DNA from: Candidatus Latescibacterota bacterium
GTDB lineage: Bacteria; Latescibacterota; UBA2968; UBA8231
DNA length: 64,000 bases
Direction: 5' to 3'
Assembly (NCBI GenBank): GCA_965215195.1
Contig: CBDCDC010000002.1
Span: forward strand, 1,248,001 to 1,312,000
In this document: positions 1-10,426 of the stretch, piece by piece
How the letters are laid out: every line of letters starts with the position of its first letter
How positions within the stretch are numbered: position 1 is the stretch's first letter
Made by a program: the position numbers and the translations under genes
Notes under the pieces: generated by a model
What the model saw: only the letters and a program-made list of their open reading frames with translations
What the model was told of the DNA's origin: nothing
The model's database searches: none

Positions 1-3
1 GAT

Positions 4-19
4 TGGCACGGAATTTGCA
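4..19 (+). promoter_or_regulatory. sigma-54 (-24/-12) promoter, upstream of RND/ACP/MauE genes
   Basis: TGGCAC-GGAAT-TTGCA, exact match to TGGCAC-N5-TTGC consensus; five further homologous copies in the window. Confidence 0.85.
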
Positions 20-99
20 AAGTGTGAAAGTAGGCCCCAGCCGCTAAGGAGCGGAATTGACGGGCAGCTTTTTCGCCCACTCACAAGAGGAGATCAACC

Positions 100-165
100 A
101 TGACCCTGCACCCCTTAGCCGAGATCAGATACCGTCGGCCCGAGGAATGGTCCCCGTGGGCATAG
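100..165 (+). CDS. putative 21-aa leader uORF MTLHPLAEIRYRRPEEWSPWA
   Basis: AAGAGGAG RBS then ATG; homologous start MTLHPL at 19577. Confidence 0.3.
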   Translation: MTLHPLAEIRYRRPEEWSPWA

Positions 166-235
166 CCTCGTTCGACGCCGCGAAGAAATGCACCATCCAC
201 GGCCTGTGTGAAAACCCCCGGCGGACCGCGTTTAG

Positions 236-287
236 CGAGGGCGAGACGCCCGCGGAGGGAGCAGTTGTCGAGGGCGAGACGCCCGCG
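236..287. repeat. two REP-like direct repeats CGAGGGCGAGACGCCCGCG
   Basis: copies at 236-254 and 269-287; related palindromic motif near 41584 and inside the MITEs. Confidence 0.6.
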
Positions 288-376
288 ATCCTAAAGGGAC
301 GATACCCGGAATTTTCAGACCGCTTCTTAGTCGGCTACATCAAGCACCTCAATTCTTAGGACAAGGCAAGCCTGAT

Positions 377-1876
377 ATGCGTGCGATACGCTGGATCCTC
401 GACCATCCCGTTGCGGTATTCACCACGGTAGCTACCCTCGGCATACTAGCGGCTGCGAGTTTCGCGGTCATCTCGGTCGAGCTGTCGCCGCCGAGTAATC
501 TGCCCGAGTTGCGCGTCACTGTGCAATGGCCCGGGGCCTCGGCCTTCACCGTAGAATCCGAGGTAACGCAGCCGCTGGAGTCGTTGGTTCAGCAGTTGGA
601 CCACGTCACCAGCATGCGCTCGCAGACCCGGGAAGGCTCCACCGAACTCGTGGTGCAATTCGACGCCAAGGCGAATATCGGCTTGCTCGAAGTAGAACTG
701 AACGAACGAGTTTACCAGCTCTACCAGACCATGTCCGAAGGCGTCTTATGGCCTGTGATCCAGCGCTCGGTGCCCGAGGAATTGGCCGACTTAGCTGGCT
801 TCCTCAGCTACCGCTTGTACGGCGACCGGCGACCGGGCGAGTTGCGCGAGTACGCGGAAACCCGCATCCAAAAGGCCCTGCTCGCAGTGGCTGGCATCAA
901 AGACGTGCAGTTGGAGGGAGGTAAGCCGCTCGAACTGGTGATCGAGATAGACGGGAAAGCCGCGACCAGTGCGGGCCTTTCCAGCGAAGATATAGAGGCG
1001 TTGCAGCAGCAGTTGAGCGGCGGCAAATCGAGCTTGGGAACGCTGTGGGACGCCGGCACCGCGAAAAAGGTGCGCTTTGACGCGAGCTATGACGATATAG
1101 AAGCACTCAAGCGGATGCTCGTCGGCTCGGCCGCGGTGCGCTTGGGACATATTGCGCGGGTCTATTGGGGCGCCCCCGACGACTTTAGCCGCATCCGCAT
1201 CAACGGGAAAAACTCCGTATTGATCACCATAGAGAAGTACCCGGGGATAGACCTGCTCGAAACGTCCGCCGCGGTCAAGGCTGCCATGGCGCGTGCCATG
1301 CGGGACGCGCCGCTGGGCATCGGTTTGGTAAAAGAGCTGGACAAGGGCGAGGACTTGGAGAAGGAATTGGCCAAGATCGGCAAACGCTCCTTTTTCGCGG
1401 TGCTGTTCATTGCCGCCATCGTCGTCTCGACCTACAAGAGGGTGTCGGCGACCTTGCTTATCTGGGGCACCATCCTGCTGGTGCTGGCCTACACCGTCGG
1501 TCTGCTCCACCTCGCGGGTATGACCCTGAACGTGTTGACCTTGGCCGGCTTGACTGTCGGCTACGGCCTGAGTGTGGATAACTCGGTCGTGGTGTACGAC
1601 AGCGTCCAACGCCACCTAACAACGGGCGAGAGCGGCTCGGCCCAGCAGCGCATCCTCGCCGGGGTCGCCGCGGTGCTGAAACCCCTGCTGGCCTCCAACC
1701 TGACGACCATCGGAGCCTTGCTGCCGGTCTTTTTCCTGTCGCAAACCCTGCAACTCTACTTCAAGCCCGTGGCCTTGGCGCTCGGTGCCACGGTGCTCTT
1801 TTCCTTCCTCGTCTCCTGCCTGCTGCTGCCGCCCCTAATGCTGGTGCTAAACAGGCGGGGAGAAAGTGCGGCTTAG
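377..1876 (+). CDS. RND (AcrB/AcrD/AcrF family) efflux permease, N-terminal half
   Basis: N-terminal TM, WPGASAFTVESEVTQPLE porter motif, GLSVDNSVVV, SNLTTIG. Confidence 0.85.
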   Translation: MRAIRWILDHPVAVFTTVATLGILAAASFAVISVELSPPSNLPELRVTVQWPGASAFTVESEVTQPLESLVQQLDHVTSMRSQTREGSTELVVQFDAKANIGLLEVELNERVYQLYQTMSEGVLWPVIQRSVPEELADLAGFLSYRLYGDRRPGELREYAETRIQKALLAVAGIKDVQLEGGKPLELVIEIDGKAATSAGLSSEDIEALQQQLSGGKSSLGTLWDAGTAKKVRFDASYDDIEALKRMLVGSAAVRLGHIARVYWGAPDDFSRIRINGKNSVLITIEKYPGIDLLETSAAVKAAMARAMRDAPLGIGLVKELDKGEDLEKELAKIGKRSFFAVLFIAAIVVSTYKRVSATLLIWGTILLVLAYTVGLLHLAGMTLNVLTLAGLTVGYGLSVDNSVVVYDSVQRHLTTGESGSAQQRILAGVAAVLKPLLASNLTTIGALLPVFFLSQTLQLYFKPVALALGATVLFSFLVSCLLLPPLMLVLNRRGESAA

Positions 1877-3535
1877 ATGTCCCGAACATACATTGCCTTG
1901 CTCGGCTTCTGCTGCAAGCACCGCCGGATTATGCTGGCGGTCTTGGTGTTGCTGTGGGGCCTGCCCGTCTGGCTGCTGCCCGACTCCATCGGCGAGGACG
2001 GCGCAGTGGCCCGCGCGTACGAGGACTGGTGGATGGACCCACAGTTCGACGAGGAAACCAAACCCCTGCTGCTCAAGGTGCTGGGCGGTGCCTCGTATCT
2101 GTTTTTTCAAAAGGTCTATAAGGGCGAAGTCTTTGGCCGAGAAGCCGAGCAGAGCCTACGGATTTCTTTTACCATGCCGAGCAACGTGCCGATCCAAAAG
2201 ATGGAGGAAATATGTTTCGGATTTGAAGCGGCCTTGGCCCCGTACATGGAGCAAATAGAGAAAGTGGCGGTCAACTACTCGCCCAAATCGGCGCTGATGG
2301 AGATCGTCTTGGCCGAGGGTGCCGACCCTCTCGTATTTCCCAAAAAGGTGTACGCGGCCCTAGCCGGACACGCGGCTAATGTCGGCGGGGTGGGGGTTTC
2401 AGTAAGCGGGTTTGGCTTCCAGCATCACCAGTCTCTCTTGAGCGACTTTGCCCAGTTTTCGCTCGCGGCCAAGGGCAGCGACTATCTCAAGCTGCGGGAG
2501 GTAGCCGAACAATTCGCCGACAAACTCGCCCACAACAAGCGCATCCGCGATGTGGATATAGACGCAGTGGCCCGTTACAGCGTTGATGAGCCTTATGAGA
2601 TGATAGGCCGCTTGGACGCCAGCGCGATCAGCGCGTACGGGCTGGACCACAGCCGCGTGGCCGAGGCGTTGAGGCAGCAGACGACCGCAGCGTCGCGGAG
2701 GAGCCTGTGGGTCGCTGGCGAGTTGCAGGACGTGGCCATCAAGTTTCGCGGGGCCGACGTTGCCGCTAGCGACGCGGTGAAGGGGGCGGGTCTCGGCGAC
2801 CACGTGCGGCTCGGCCACCTAATCCAACTCGAAAAAAGCAGGATCCAGCCTGAAATAGCGCGGGAAGACCAAACGTACGTGCGCCGGATAAACCTCAACT
2901 ACTTGGGGTCGCGTGAGCACGGGGAAAAACTCATCGACCTGTTCATCAAGCGCACCAAATTCCCCTATGGTTTCAGCATCGCCCGCCAAGCGTCCTATTG
3001 GTACTTGGAAGAGGACAACAGAAAGGAACTCATGGCCGTTCTGGGCGTGGCCGTGTTGGTCGTATGGATGATCGCCGCCTGCCTCTTTGAGTCTTGGACC
3101 AAGCCCTTTTTGGTGCTGTTAGCGGTTCCCATGGCGCTGATTGGCCTGTTCGATGCGTTCTATTTTTTAGGGGCCAGCTTTGACACTGGCGGCTATATCG
3201 CGGTGCTCTTTTTGGCTGGCATAGCGGTCAACAACGCCTTTCTCATGCTGTACCAGATGGATGAGAAGGCCAAAGCAGGGGCTGGCGACCTTGCGGCCGA
3301 GGTATTCGCGGCCGCGGCCCAGCGCCTCAAGCCGATTGCCATTACCACCCTGACTACGTTGGCCGGGCTCCTGCCCATCGTCTTGTTCGAGGATACCGAG
3401 AGTATATGGTATCCGCTGGCCGTGGGTGTGACCGGCGGCTTGGTCGCTTCGTCGGTTTTGTTGCCGATTTACTTACCTATGCTATACCTGAGCCTGCACC
3501 GGGCGACGGAACGACCCAAGTCATCAGCCGCTTGA
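1877..3535 (+). CDS. RND efflux permease, C-terminal half (in frame after TAG)
   Basis: LFESWTKPFLVLLAVP, GIAVNNA, RLKPIAITTLTT motifs; same frame as upstream half. Confidence 0.85.
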   Translation: MSRTYIALLGFCCKHRRIMLAVLVLLWGLPVWLLPDSIGEDGAVARAYEDWWMDPQFDEETKPLLLKVLGGASYLFFQKVYKGEVFGREAEQSLRISFTMPSNVPIQKMEEICFGFEAALAPYMEQIEKVAVNYSPKSALMEIVLAEGADPLVFPKKVYAALAGHAANVGGVGVSVSGFGFQHHQSLLSDFAQFSLAAKGSDYLKLREVAEQFADKLAHNKRIRDVDIDAVARYSVDEPYEMIGRLDASAISAYGLDHSRVAEALRQQTTAASRRSLWVAGELQDVAIKFRGADVAASDAVKGAGLGDHVRLGHLIQLEKSRIQPEIAREDQTYVRRINLNYLGSREHGEKLIDLFIKRTKFPYGFSIARQASYWYLEEDNRKELMAVLGVAVLVVWMIAACLFESWTKPFLVLLAVPMALIGLFDAFYFLGASFDTGGYIAVLFLAGIAVNNAFLMLYQMDEKAKAGAGDLAAEVFAAAAQRLKPIAITTLTTLAGLLPIVLFEDTESIWYPLAVGVTGGLVASSVLLPIYLPMLYLSLHRATERPKSSAA

Positions 3536-4396
3536 CCGTTTGATTGGGAATGCCCAACCGAGGCACACCGTATGACACATCGCGAATGCTAAGTAGGCCG
3601 AAGTAGTACAGCAGCGACAGGAAGTTCTCGGGCCGGTTTAGCCGGTCCAAGGGAAAGCTGAGTTGGATGTTGCTTTCGGCGGTCTGCTCGCCGGTGAGGT
3701 GGCGCAGCAGGTCGTTGAGTTGGCGGTTGACCGGCAGCAGGTGCCGCAACTTGCCGTAGTCAATGCGTACGTTGGGGTTGAGCAACTCGTCCGGCATGGG
3801 TCGGTTCGGTATGGAAGCCTTTAGATAGTAGAGAACCATGTCGGTGTTGTAGAGAACGCTCTCGGCGTCCTCGGCGAACCGATAGCCGTTGTACCACTCC
3901 TGCATCACTTCTAGCGCGGCTTCTACTTCCTGATTGAACACGCCGTAGTCGCGGTACATCTCCAGCAGGCCCCGCACCTCAGCCTCGGTGAAGCCGAGCA
4001 TGTTGTTGAACTCTGGTTCCAAGCTGATGTTGCGGCCGATGTTGAAGCCGCTGGTGACGTCGTCCATGGTGATCGGCAACACCCCGGTGATGAACAGCCG
4101 CTCGATCCCGCCACCGCTTTGCCCGGCTCCCGCCTTGAGCGTGGCGAAAAAGTTGCGATAGAAGTCGCCGCCGTGGTCGAAGGACTGGTAGGCTTCGGCC
4201 CCGCGATGCGCCAGCACGGTGTTGGCAAAATGGTCGTACTCGTCGAGGGGCTAGCGCCGTTTCAGGTATTTGAGTTCAAGCACGTAGCCGTACCGGATAT
4301 TGGGATACTGGGCAAGGAATGGCTCTAGATACAGATCGGCATACCCCTTGTTCAGTTCGTACTCCGAGTGGAGCAGAAACTGCCCACCATGCTCAC
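3524..4396 (-). pseudogene. scrambled fragments of AAA-ATPase/PD-(D/E)XK nuclease gene
   Basis: 3524-4243 matches the middle of the intact paralogs (14327, 25122); ~4255-4395 matches their C-terminal ELNKGYADLYLEP segment, in out-of-order position. Confidence 0.85.
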
Positions 4397-4669
4397 ATGG
4401 ATCCCGAGATGAAGCTCGAAACACAAGTTAAGCAGGTTATCGTCCAAGCCCTTGAACTGGAGATCGAACCGGAAGAGATCCCGGACGACGAGTTGCTGTT
4501 GGGGGCTGGCATGGGTGCTGATTCGATAGTCATGCTGCAGCTCGTCATGGCCTTGGAAACGCACTTTGCCATTGATGTAGAAGACGAGGAACTGCGGGCG
4601 GAACGGTTTGTGTCGGCGCGATCCATCACCGAATTCGTGCGCGGCAAAATACCGGCGGTAGGGGTTTGA
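4397..4669 (+). CDS. acyl carrier protein (phosphopantetheine-binding)
   Basis: 90 aa acidic protein; GADSIVMLQLVMALETHFAIDV with conserved DS serine. Confidence 0.85.
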   Translation: MDPEMKLETQVKQVIVQALELEIEPEEIPDDELLLGAGMGADSIVMLQLVMALETHFAIDVEDEELRAERFVSARSITEFVRGKIPAVGV

Positions 4670-4695
4670 CTACCGGAGAAAGGGAGTTAGCTCTG

Positions 4696-5142
4696 ATGAA
4701 GCGAGTTGTCGGAAAGGCATTGCTGGTAGTGGCGGTCGGCGTCTCCAGCGGCGCGTTGCATAGCTTGGCAAGAGAAGATGGCCAGAGGCTCGAAAATGGT
4801 GTGCATGTGATTGATCTGGGAGCGGCCAAACGGCTCTTTGATCTAAAGGCGGCTGTTTTCGTGGACGCTCGGTCTTCTTGGCCCTACCAGTTGGGGCATG
4901 TGCCCGGGGCGCTCCATGTCCCGCCGTCGGAGATCTCCGCTGCTTTCGGCGCGGAACTAGCCGACCTGTCCAAAGATACCGTGCTGGTCGTGTACTGTTC
5001 GGGTACGACGTGTAACTTGGGCAGCAAACTGGCGCAAAAGCTCGCCGAGGACATGGATTTCACCCGGATCTACGTCTTCGCTGGCGGTTTTCCCCAATGG
5101 GAGGAAGCGGGTTATCCGGTGGAATCAGAAGGCCCTTTCTAA
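4696..5142 (+). CDS. rhodanese-like domain protein with N-terminal signal/TM
   Basis: FVDARS...GHVPGALHVP, VVYCSGTTC, FAGGFPQWEEAGYPVE; alternative TTG start at 4666. Confidence 0.85.
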   Translation: MKRVVGKALLVVAVGVSSGALHSLAREDGQRLENGVHVIDLGAAKRLFDLKAAVFVDARSSWPYQLGHVPGALHVPPSEISAAFGAELADLSKDTVLVVYCSGTTCNLGSKLAQKLAEDMDFTRIYVFAGGFPQWEEAGYPVESEGPF

Positions 5143-5567
5143 TGGACAGACTCGCACTCAGGCCCTATCAGGCCCTAGCGATTCGCTTGGTGATGGGCGG
5201 TGTCTTTGTTTGGGCAGGGACCGCCAAGCTCGTGCAGATACCGTCTTTCGTCGAGACGGTCGCCGCCTTTGACATTCTTCCGGTAGATTGGGCTGCGCCG
5301 TTCGCGCTGTCGGTTATCTGGATTGAACTGATCGCCGGCGGCCTCCTGCTGTTGGACATTTGGCCACGCAGCAATGCGTTGGTCGTGTTGGGGCTATTGG
5401 TGGTTTTCAGTGCGGCGCTGGGCATCAATATGTACCGCGGCAACGATGTGACGTGCGGTTGTTTTGGTGGAGACGGGGGTTCCTCGCTGGTTTGGACTTT
5501 GTTGCGCGATTTGTTGTTGGCTGGGGGAGCTGCGGTGCTGCTGGTGCGGAAGGAGCAGAGAAATTAA
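5142..5567 (+). CDS. MauE/DoxX family redox membrane protein
   Basis: 4 hydrophobic segments, CGCFG motif, TAATG coupling to rhodanese gene. Confidence 0.85.
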   Translation: MDRLALRPYQALAIRLVMGGVFVWAGTAKLVQIPSFVETVAAFDILPVDWAAPFALSVIWIELIAGGLLLLDIWPRSNALVVLGLLVVFSAALGINMYRGNDVTCGCFGGDGGSSLVWTLLRDLLLAGGAAVLLVRKEQRN

Positions 5568-5568
5568 A

Positions 5569-6624
5569 ATGAAAAGAAAAATACTTGCGGTTGAACTCAA
5601 TCCACCAATAAAGGGCTTTACCGTATTCTCTTTGTCGATATTGGCAACAAATGAGGTGTACTTACCTTGGTTTTACAGCCAACATATACAACTTTATTTT
5701 TCTATAGCACAGATTCAAAAAGGAATTCCCAAAATCGATTTTTATCGACCTCCCAATAGTAGGCTTTTGCCGTCGCCATTACTGGAGACGCGCTGGTTGG
5801 ATCGCGATTTAATTTCCATTGTAAATGAGGATATTGTGCAGTTCGTCGTTAAATATATAGATAGGGACTACTATGTCCAGCTATATTTGAATGAGTTTTA
5901 TATGCCTGATCGGTCGAATTATAATACCCAAAAAAACATACATGAAACATTGATACATGGCTACGATTTGTACGATGAAACGTTTGATATTATTGGATAT
6001 AATAAAATGGGCCAATATGTTTCCTCTAAATTGAAGTTTGCCGATTTTAAGAAGGCATACACAAAAATCGACTATTCGGATTTTAAGGAGGCATATATGC
6101 AAATTAAATACTCGCCTAATCACATGGCCAAAATAGGTCTATTAAAATATGAAAATAATAGACACTATGAGTTTGATCTAAATCTTGTCTCAGAGCAACT
6201 CCGAGATTATATAGAATCGAATAATACTTCCGAAAAATTTCGCATGTTAGATGCGCCAGAAGATGGTATATATGGCATAGAAACGTATTGCTATCTTATT
6301 CATTGTTTATTGGAGCAAAGGAATAACTTTGACATTCGGTTGCTCCACATACTATGGGAACATAAAAAATGTATGTTGAATAGGCTGATATACATGGAGA
6401 ACAAAGGTTATCTTGACCCATCTGAGAATTTGTCAGTTGCTTATAATAAAATAGAAAGAGAAGTTGCGAACTTGCGCTTGGTAATGCTCAGGTTTACCTT
6501 CGGTTCTAAAAAAGAAAATGAGATAGACATGTCTATAAAATATGTAAAAACGAAATTAGAGAAATTAGCTGGTGAAGAAAAGAGGATATTAGCAAGAGTC
6601 CTCTTGCAGTGTGAATCTCTATAG
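5569..6624 (+). CDS. BtrH-N/C39-fold-like protein (putative acyltransferase), AT-rich
   Basis: NEFYMP...HETLIHGYD...FDIIGY and LWEHKKCM motifs; much lower GC than neighbours. Confidence 0.55.
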   Translation: MKRKILAVELNPPIKGFTVFSLSILATNEVYLPWFYSQHIQLYFSIAQIQKGIPKIDFYRPPNSRLLPSPLLETRWLDRDLISIVNEDIVQFVVKYIDRDYYVQLYLNEFYMPDRSNYNTQKNIHETLIHGYDLYDETFDIIGYNKMGQYVSSKLKFADFKKAYTKIDYSDFKEAYMQIKYSPNHMAKIGLLKYENNRHYEFDLNLVSEQLRDYIESNNTSEKFRMLDAPEDGIYGIETYCYLIHCLLEQRNNFDIRLLHILWEHKKCMLNRLIYMENKGYLDPSENLSVAYNKIEREVANLRLVMLRFTFGSKKENEIDMSIKYVKTKLEKLAGEEKRILARVLLQCESL

Positions 6625-6882
6625 GCATCATAGAAGAAATCTCAACGCTCGATCAACAGCGATCAGCGTACTTCTCCACCAGTCGCCGCCTTACCCCTCC
6701 CGCTTAGACGCGCCCTTCCTGACGATCTCCGCCATCGGAAGCGAAAGGCCGCGAAAGCCGCGCCACAGGCCGCCGGCGTCCGCTGGGGCCGTTCTAATGC
6801 TCTGTCCTAGTCCGATGCCGTACCCGGTGGGTTGAACCGGATGCGCCCGTCATTAAAAAAAGGCCGGTCAATTATAGCGCAC

Positions 6883-7075
6883 TACGTCCCTTTTGACGCA
6901 CTTGCTCCAAGCTATTGTAAAAACGTGAGATAGAGGGCAAATAGGGAGTTAGGTGCGTCGAAAGGGTGCAATAGAAGCGCGATTCGGCATTTTGTATAAA
7001 ATACCCTAATTTCTTGTAACTCTTTGTCTATCAGTCAGTTACGTCTTTTTAAGTCGGTTTGGCACGGAATGTGCT
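6883..7075 (+). promoter_or_regulatory. sigma-54 promoter 1 with enhancer boxes and IHF-like site
   Basis: TACGTCCCTTTTGACGCA 6883-6900, TGCGTCGAAAGGGTGCA 6954-6970, TATCAGTCAGTTA 7029-7041, TGGCACGGAATGTGCT 7060-7075. Confidence 0.85.
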
Positions 7076-7280
7076 ATTATAGTAGGTGAGCACGAAAGTA
7101 AGCCGTTGTTGGCTTCAGACGCTAAGGCGCAGGGGCCGACGGGCAGGCTTTCCATCCACCCCATAAGAGGAGGGAAAGATGAACCGCTTTTATCAACATC
7201 CGCTCTCGCCCGCTTGGAGAACGGCTCGCTCTCGTGCCGCGTTGGTAGAGCCATCGTCAATGTCGAGAAGGCATGTAGCC

Positions 7281-7454
7281 ATGACCCTGCACAAATCCGT
7301 GATATACGGCCCGGCCATCGAAGCCGCGCAGGCATTTGCCGCTGTCGGCTGCTTTTCCTTCTCGCGCCATGACACGCCTTTGCCAGCACCATTTAGGGCT
7401 ACCCGTCAGGAGGCCCTTTCGCGACGCTCTTGGCGTCACCATTTGGTTCAATAG
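7281..7454 (+). pseudogene. degenerate upstream precursor paralog MTLHKSVIYGPAIEAAQ...
   Basis: N-terminus aligns with the precursor leader; frame broken in cassettes 2 and 4. Confidence 0.45.
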
Positions 7455-7487
7455 AACCTGTCACTTACTACTCAAGGAATTATAGCT

Positions 7488-7628
7488 ATGACCGCTCTGC
7501 ACAAACCCGAACGCGCCACCTACGGCCAAGCCGTCGAGGCCCAAGCGGAATATCGCTTCACCATCTGCTCCAGCGATCCCAAGGCAGCTCTCTGCTGGGA
7601 TGATGGAGACCTCCTGTGCTGCCCGTAA
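7488..7628 (+). CDS. Cys-rich precursor peptide 1 (46 aa) MTALHKPERATYGQAVEAQ-AEYRFTICSSDPKAALCWDDGDLLCCP
   Basis: hand translation; AAGGA RBS; leader shared by four copies. Confidence 0.9.
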   Translation: MTALHKPERATYGQAVEAQAEYRFTICSSDPKAALCWDDGDLLCCP

Positions 7629-7708
7629 GAAGGCCTTGGCGTCCTCACTTGGTTCGATAGAACCTCTCACTTGGGAGGTAGCTGAAAAATCGACCAAGCT
7701 ATGGACGG

Positions 7709-7750
7709 GCGGAGTGGACCAGAGGTCCTATTGACCCCGGTCCACTCCGC
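7709..7750 (+). other. conserved intergenic RNA hairpin (copy 1)
   Basis: GCGGAGTGGACC...GGTCCACTCCGC 12-bp stem; homologs at 11121, 17026, 19041, 27810. Confidence 0.75.
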
Positions 7751-7855
7751 TTGGCTTCAGGCTCAATGATCGTGGGCCTGTAGTCTACTCCTGAGTGGGC
7801 GGCCGAGTCGGTCGCCTGCCCGCTAAATCCCAACCACATACCCAAGGAGGATGTT

Positions 7856-9030
7856 ATGAACAAGCTAAAGCATTTTATCGTGGTAGCCGGCCCTATGGTG
7901 CTGTTGGCTGGGTGCGGTGAGGACCAACTCGAAAACCGGGTGGAGATTACCCCCCGGCGGCTGACTTGGCATTCGACGAGGCAGTCATCAAGGACCGGGA
8001 CATCTACTTCCAAATGCCCGAAGACGTCGCTTTGGGGACGATCAGCTATACATTGGTAGATGCCAAGGGGGACCTCATCGTTGTGGACTCTGTTCAGTGG
8101 ACGATTTTCCAGATCAATGCGGAGGGCCAATACTTGCGGCAGATCGGCATGCGGGGAGGAGCCGAAGGCGAGTACTTTTATGTCCTCAAGATGCTACTGG
8201 CCCCCAATGACGATCTCTATATACACTGCATCGGAGAAAGCGCGAAGTATCTAGTCTTTGCCGGGGACTCATATAAGTTCAAGCGGGAGGTGCCCGACCC
8301 TAACTCCGCGCTCATTGATCATGTTGTGATTACCGAGGGAGGCAATATGTACGCCTCGCAAGTGGACGTCATTGATGGAGGCTCTGCCGGGGTGCAAGAG
8401 GATGGAGCACACGCTCTATTCCGCTTTGACGACCACTTCAATAAGGTCGCTAGCCTGTATCCGGTCGAAGACAAGCGAACAGGACGGACGTTGAACCGCT
8501 ACCACAACACAATTCTCACTCCTAGGACGGGGGGTGGCTTCTACTTCATGTATCCCACCGCCTACGATATCCATCAGTACAGCGAGCAGGGTGAGTTGGA
8601 ACAGACCCTATTTAGTACCTATTGGTCTAAGCACCGAAACGGGATCAATCCCTTGCCCGCCAGCTTGGATCCGCTCGCTTGGACTCCCAAGCACGCGGAG
8701 TGGCTTGCCGAGTACATCTTCCCTGTCCAACTTTTTGAATGTGATCCCGACTTGCTGGTACTCATGCAAGTAAGGAAGGAGGTCGACGGCGAAGTGAAAC
8801 GCTATATGAACCTCCTGTACAAGGACGGCCATTCGGTAGCCGACGGCATTAGAGTCCCCGCAAATCATAGGCTCCTGACGGTTGACGGCCGTGAGTTGTA
8901 TTTCGTGGTAGAGGGCGCGTTCGACGAGGAGACCGGCGAGGTGGGCGATCCGCATGTGGCCGTCTATCGGTTCAATGATCGCGCAGGGGCCGGCAAGTTA
9001 GCGTTCAGCCGCTCGCGGGGCGGCCAGTAG
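7856..9030 (+). pseudogene. beta-propeller (6-bladed/NHL-like) lipoprotein 1, one base short in C-run 7950-7955
   Basis: LAGC lipobox ORF 7856-8059 and body ORF 7966-9030 join if one C is added; GxRGGAEGEY motif shared with paralogs. Confidence 0.8.
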
Positions 9031-9046
9031 AGGAAGGGACATCACC

Positions 9047-9682
9047 ATGAATTCGCTAGCCAAAGCACTCCTGCTATTGTCCCTCGGACTCGGCTCGGTC
9101 GCCTTGGCTCTGCACCAAGACAACACCGACAGACGCGACGAGTTGGAGGCCCTTAATGAGCACCTAAAAGATTTAAAGACAGTCCAGTGGAAATACGAGG
9201 TCAACGCCGTCCTGAAGAGTAAACTACACCGCAAACTGATTGAATCGATGGAATTCGGCCGATTCACCAAATTCGACGAGTCGGCCGTTAGGGCCGACAA
9301 GCCGTTTGTCGTCGTCGTATCGACGAGCCGGACATGTGGAGCGTGCCTGTTTGCCCAACTCGACCAGTGGAAGGAGGCTATGACTCAAAGGAATGTCTCT
9401 TACGGCAAGTTGCTGCTGATCGTAGGCGACGCCAACGAGCGCATTAAGCAACAGATTGCCATAAAGCACAAGGTGGGCATCGTGCCCTTCGCCTTCACTT
9501 TCATGGCCGAGCGGGATCTTGAAGAGTTGATTTTCCAGTCGGACGACCGGTCAGCGGTGCCCGTCTCGTTTGTCGTGGACGAAGCCTTCCGTGTCCTCAA
9601 CTGGCACTATAGCGACAAAGGGGACGAAAAAGCTACGGCGCAGTGCATCCAAGACTGGCTGGACCGCTATTTCACCTCTTAA
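9047..9682 (+). CDS. membrane-anchored thioredoxin-fold protein 1 (CGAC)
   Basis: N-terminal hydrophobic helix, VVVVSTSRTCGAC, VPVSFVVD cis-Pro loop. Confidence 0.75.
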   Translation: MNSLAKALLLLSLGLGSVALALHQDNTDRRDELEALNEHLKDLKTVQWKYEVNAVLKSKLHRKLIESMEFGRFTKFDESAVRADKPFVVVVSTSRTCGACLFAQLDQWKEAMTQRNVSYGKLLLIVGDANERIKQQIAIKHKVGIVPFAFTFMAERDLEELIFQSDDRSAVPVSFVVDEAFRVLNWHYSDKGDEKATAQCIQDWLDRYFTS

Positions 9683-9840
9683 ACCGCGAAGGCGACCGGG
9701 CATCTCAGTGGTCTTTCAATTAAATTTTTTGATTTAATCGCCTCGTTGGTCGTAAGGTGAGATTATCTCAGTCCAGTTACCAGTGCTGGCCTTGTGCCCT
9801 TTATTTATCTCTCCCAACCACCAAGTAAGGAGGGATAAAG

Positions 9841-10400
9841 ATGAAAGAGCCAAGACCAGCGTTGGAGAATTTGTGTTGTCTCAATGCCCAATGCAAGGCT
9901 TACGGCCAACGCGGCCAAGCCAACCTGACGGTGCATAAGACCTATGGAGCCGACCGGATTCGTTATCTACGCTGTCAGCGCTGCGGGGATGAATTCAGCG
10001 AGCGAAAAGGCACGGCGTTGTTTAATTGCAAAATCCGGGAAGCGCAAGCCGTCTCGGTGATTGAGCGTCTAGATCGGGCCTGTGGCTTGAATGCCACGGC
10101 GGCCTTGGTCGGGGTATCCAAAGATGCGGTTCGCCACCTGCTTCGCGTGAGCGGACCGGTCAGCTGTCAACTGCATGACTGTCTGGTGCGTGCCTTGCAT
10201 CCGATGGCGCTCCAATTTGATGAGAAATGGGCCTATGTGGCGAAAAAACAACGACACTTGACCCCCATGGACGATCCGAGTGAACGGGGTGATTCTTAGG
10301 ATGCCAACAGTTTGGATCCGCAGAGCAAATTGCTGGTGTCGCTGGTGCCCGGTCGCCGTACGAGCACGACCCTTCATCAAGTGGTGGCGGATGCGGCGGA
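9841..10400 (+). mobile_element. IS1-family transposase pseudogene
   Basis: zinc-ribbon Cys pattern, FSERKGT, QFDEKWAYV; in-frame TAG at 10297-10299; truncated where cassette 2 homology starts (~10401). Confidence 0.75.
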
Positions 10401-10426
10401 ACTCCGATTTCTTGTAACTCTTTGTT

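Noticed and set aside
6630-6870. Possible small RNA or ORF after the BtrH-like gene
   Set aside because: Only short GC-rich hairpins and no second copy in the window
7179-7454. 91-aa MNRFYQHP... ORF as a conserved protein
   Set aside because: Good RBS, but the frame differs among the four copies, so it is not conserved as a protein
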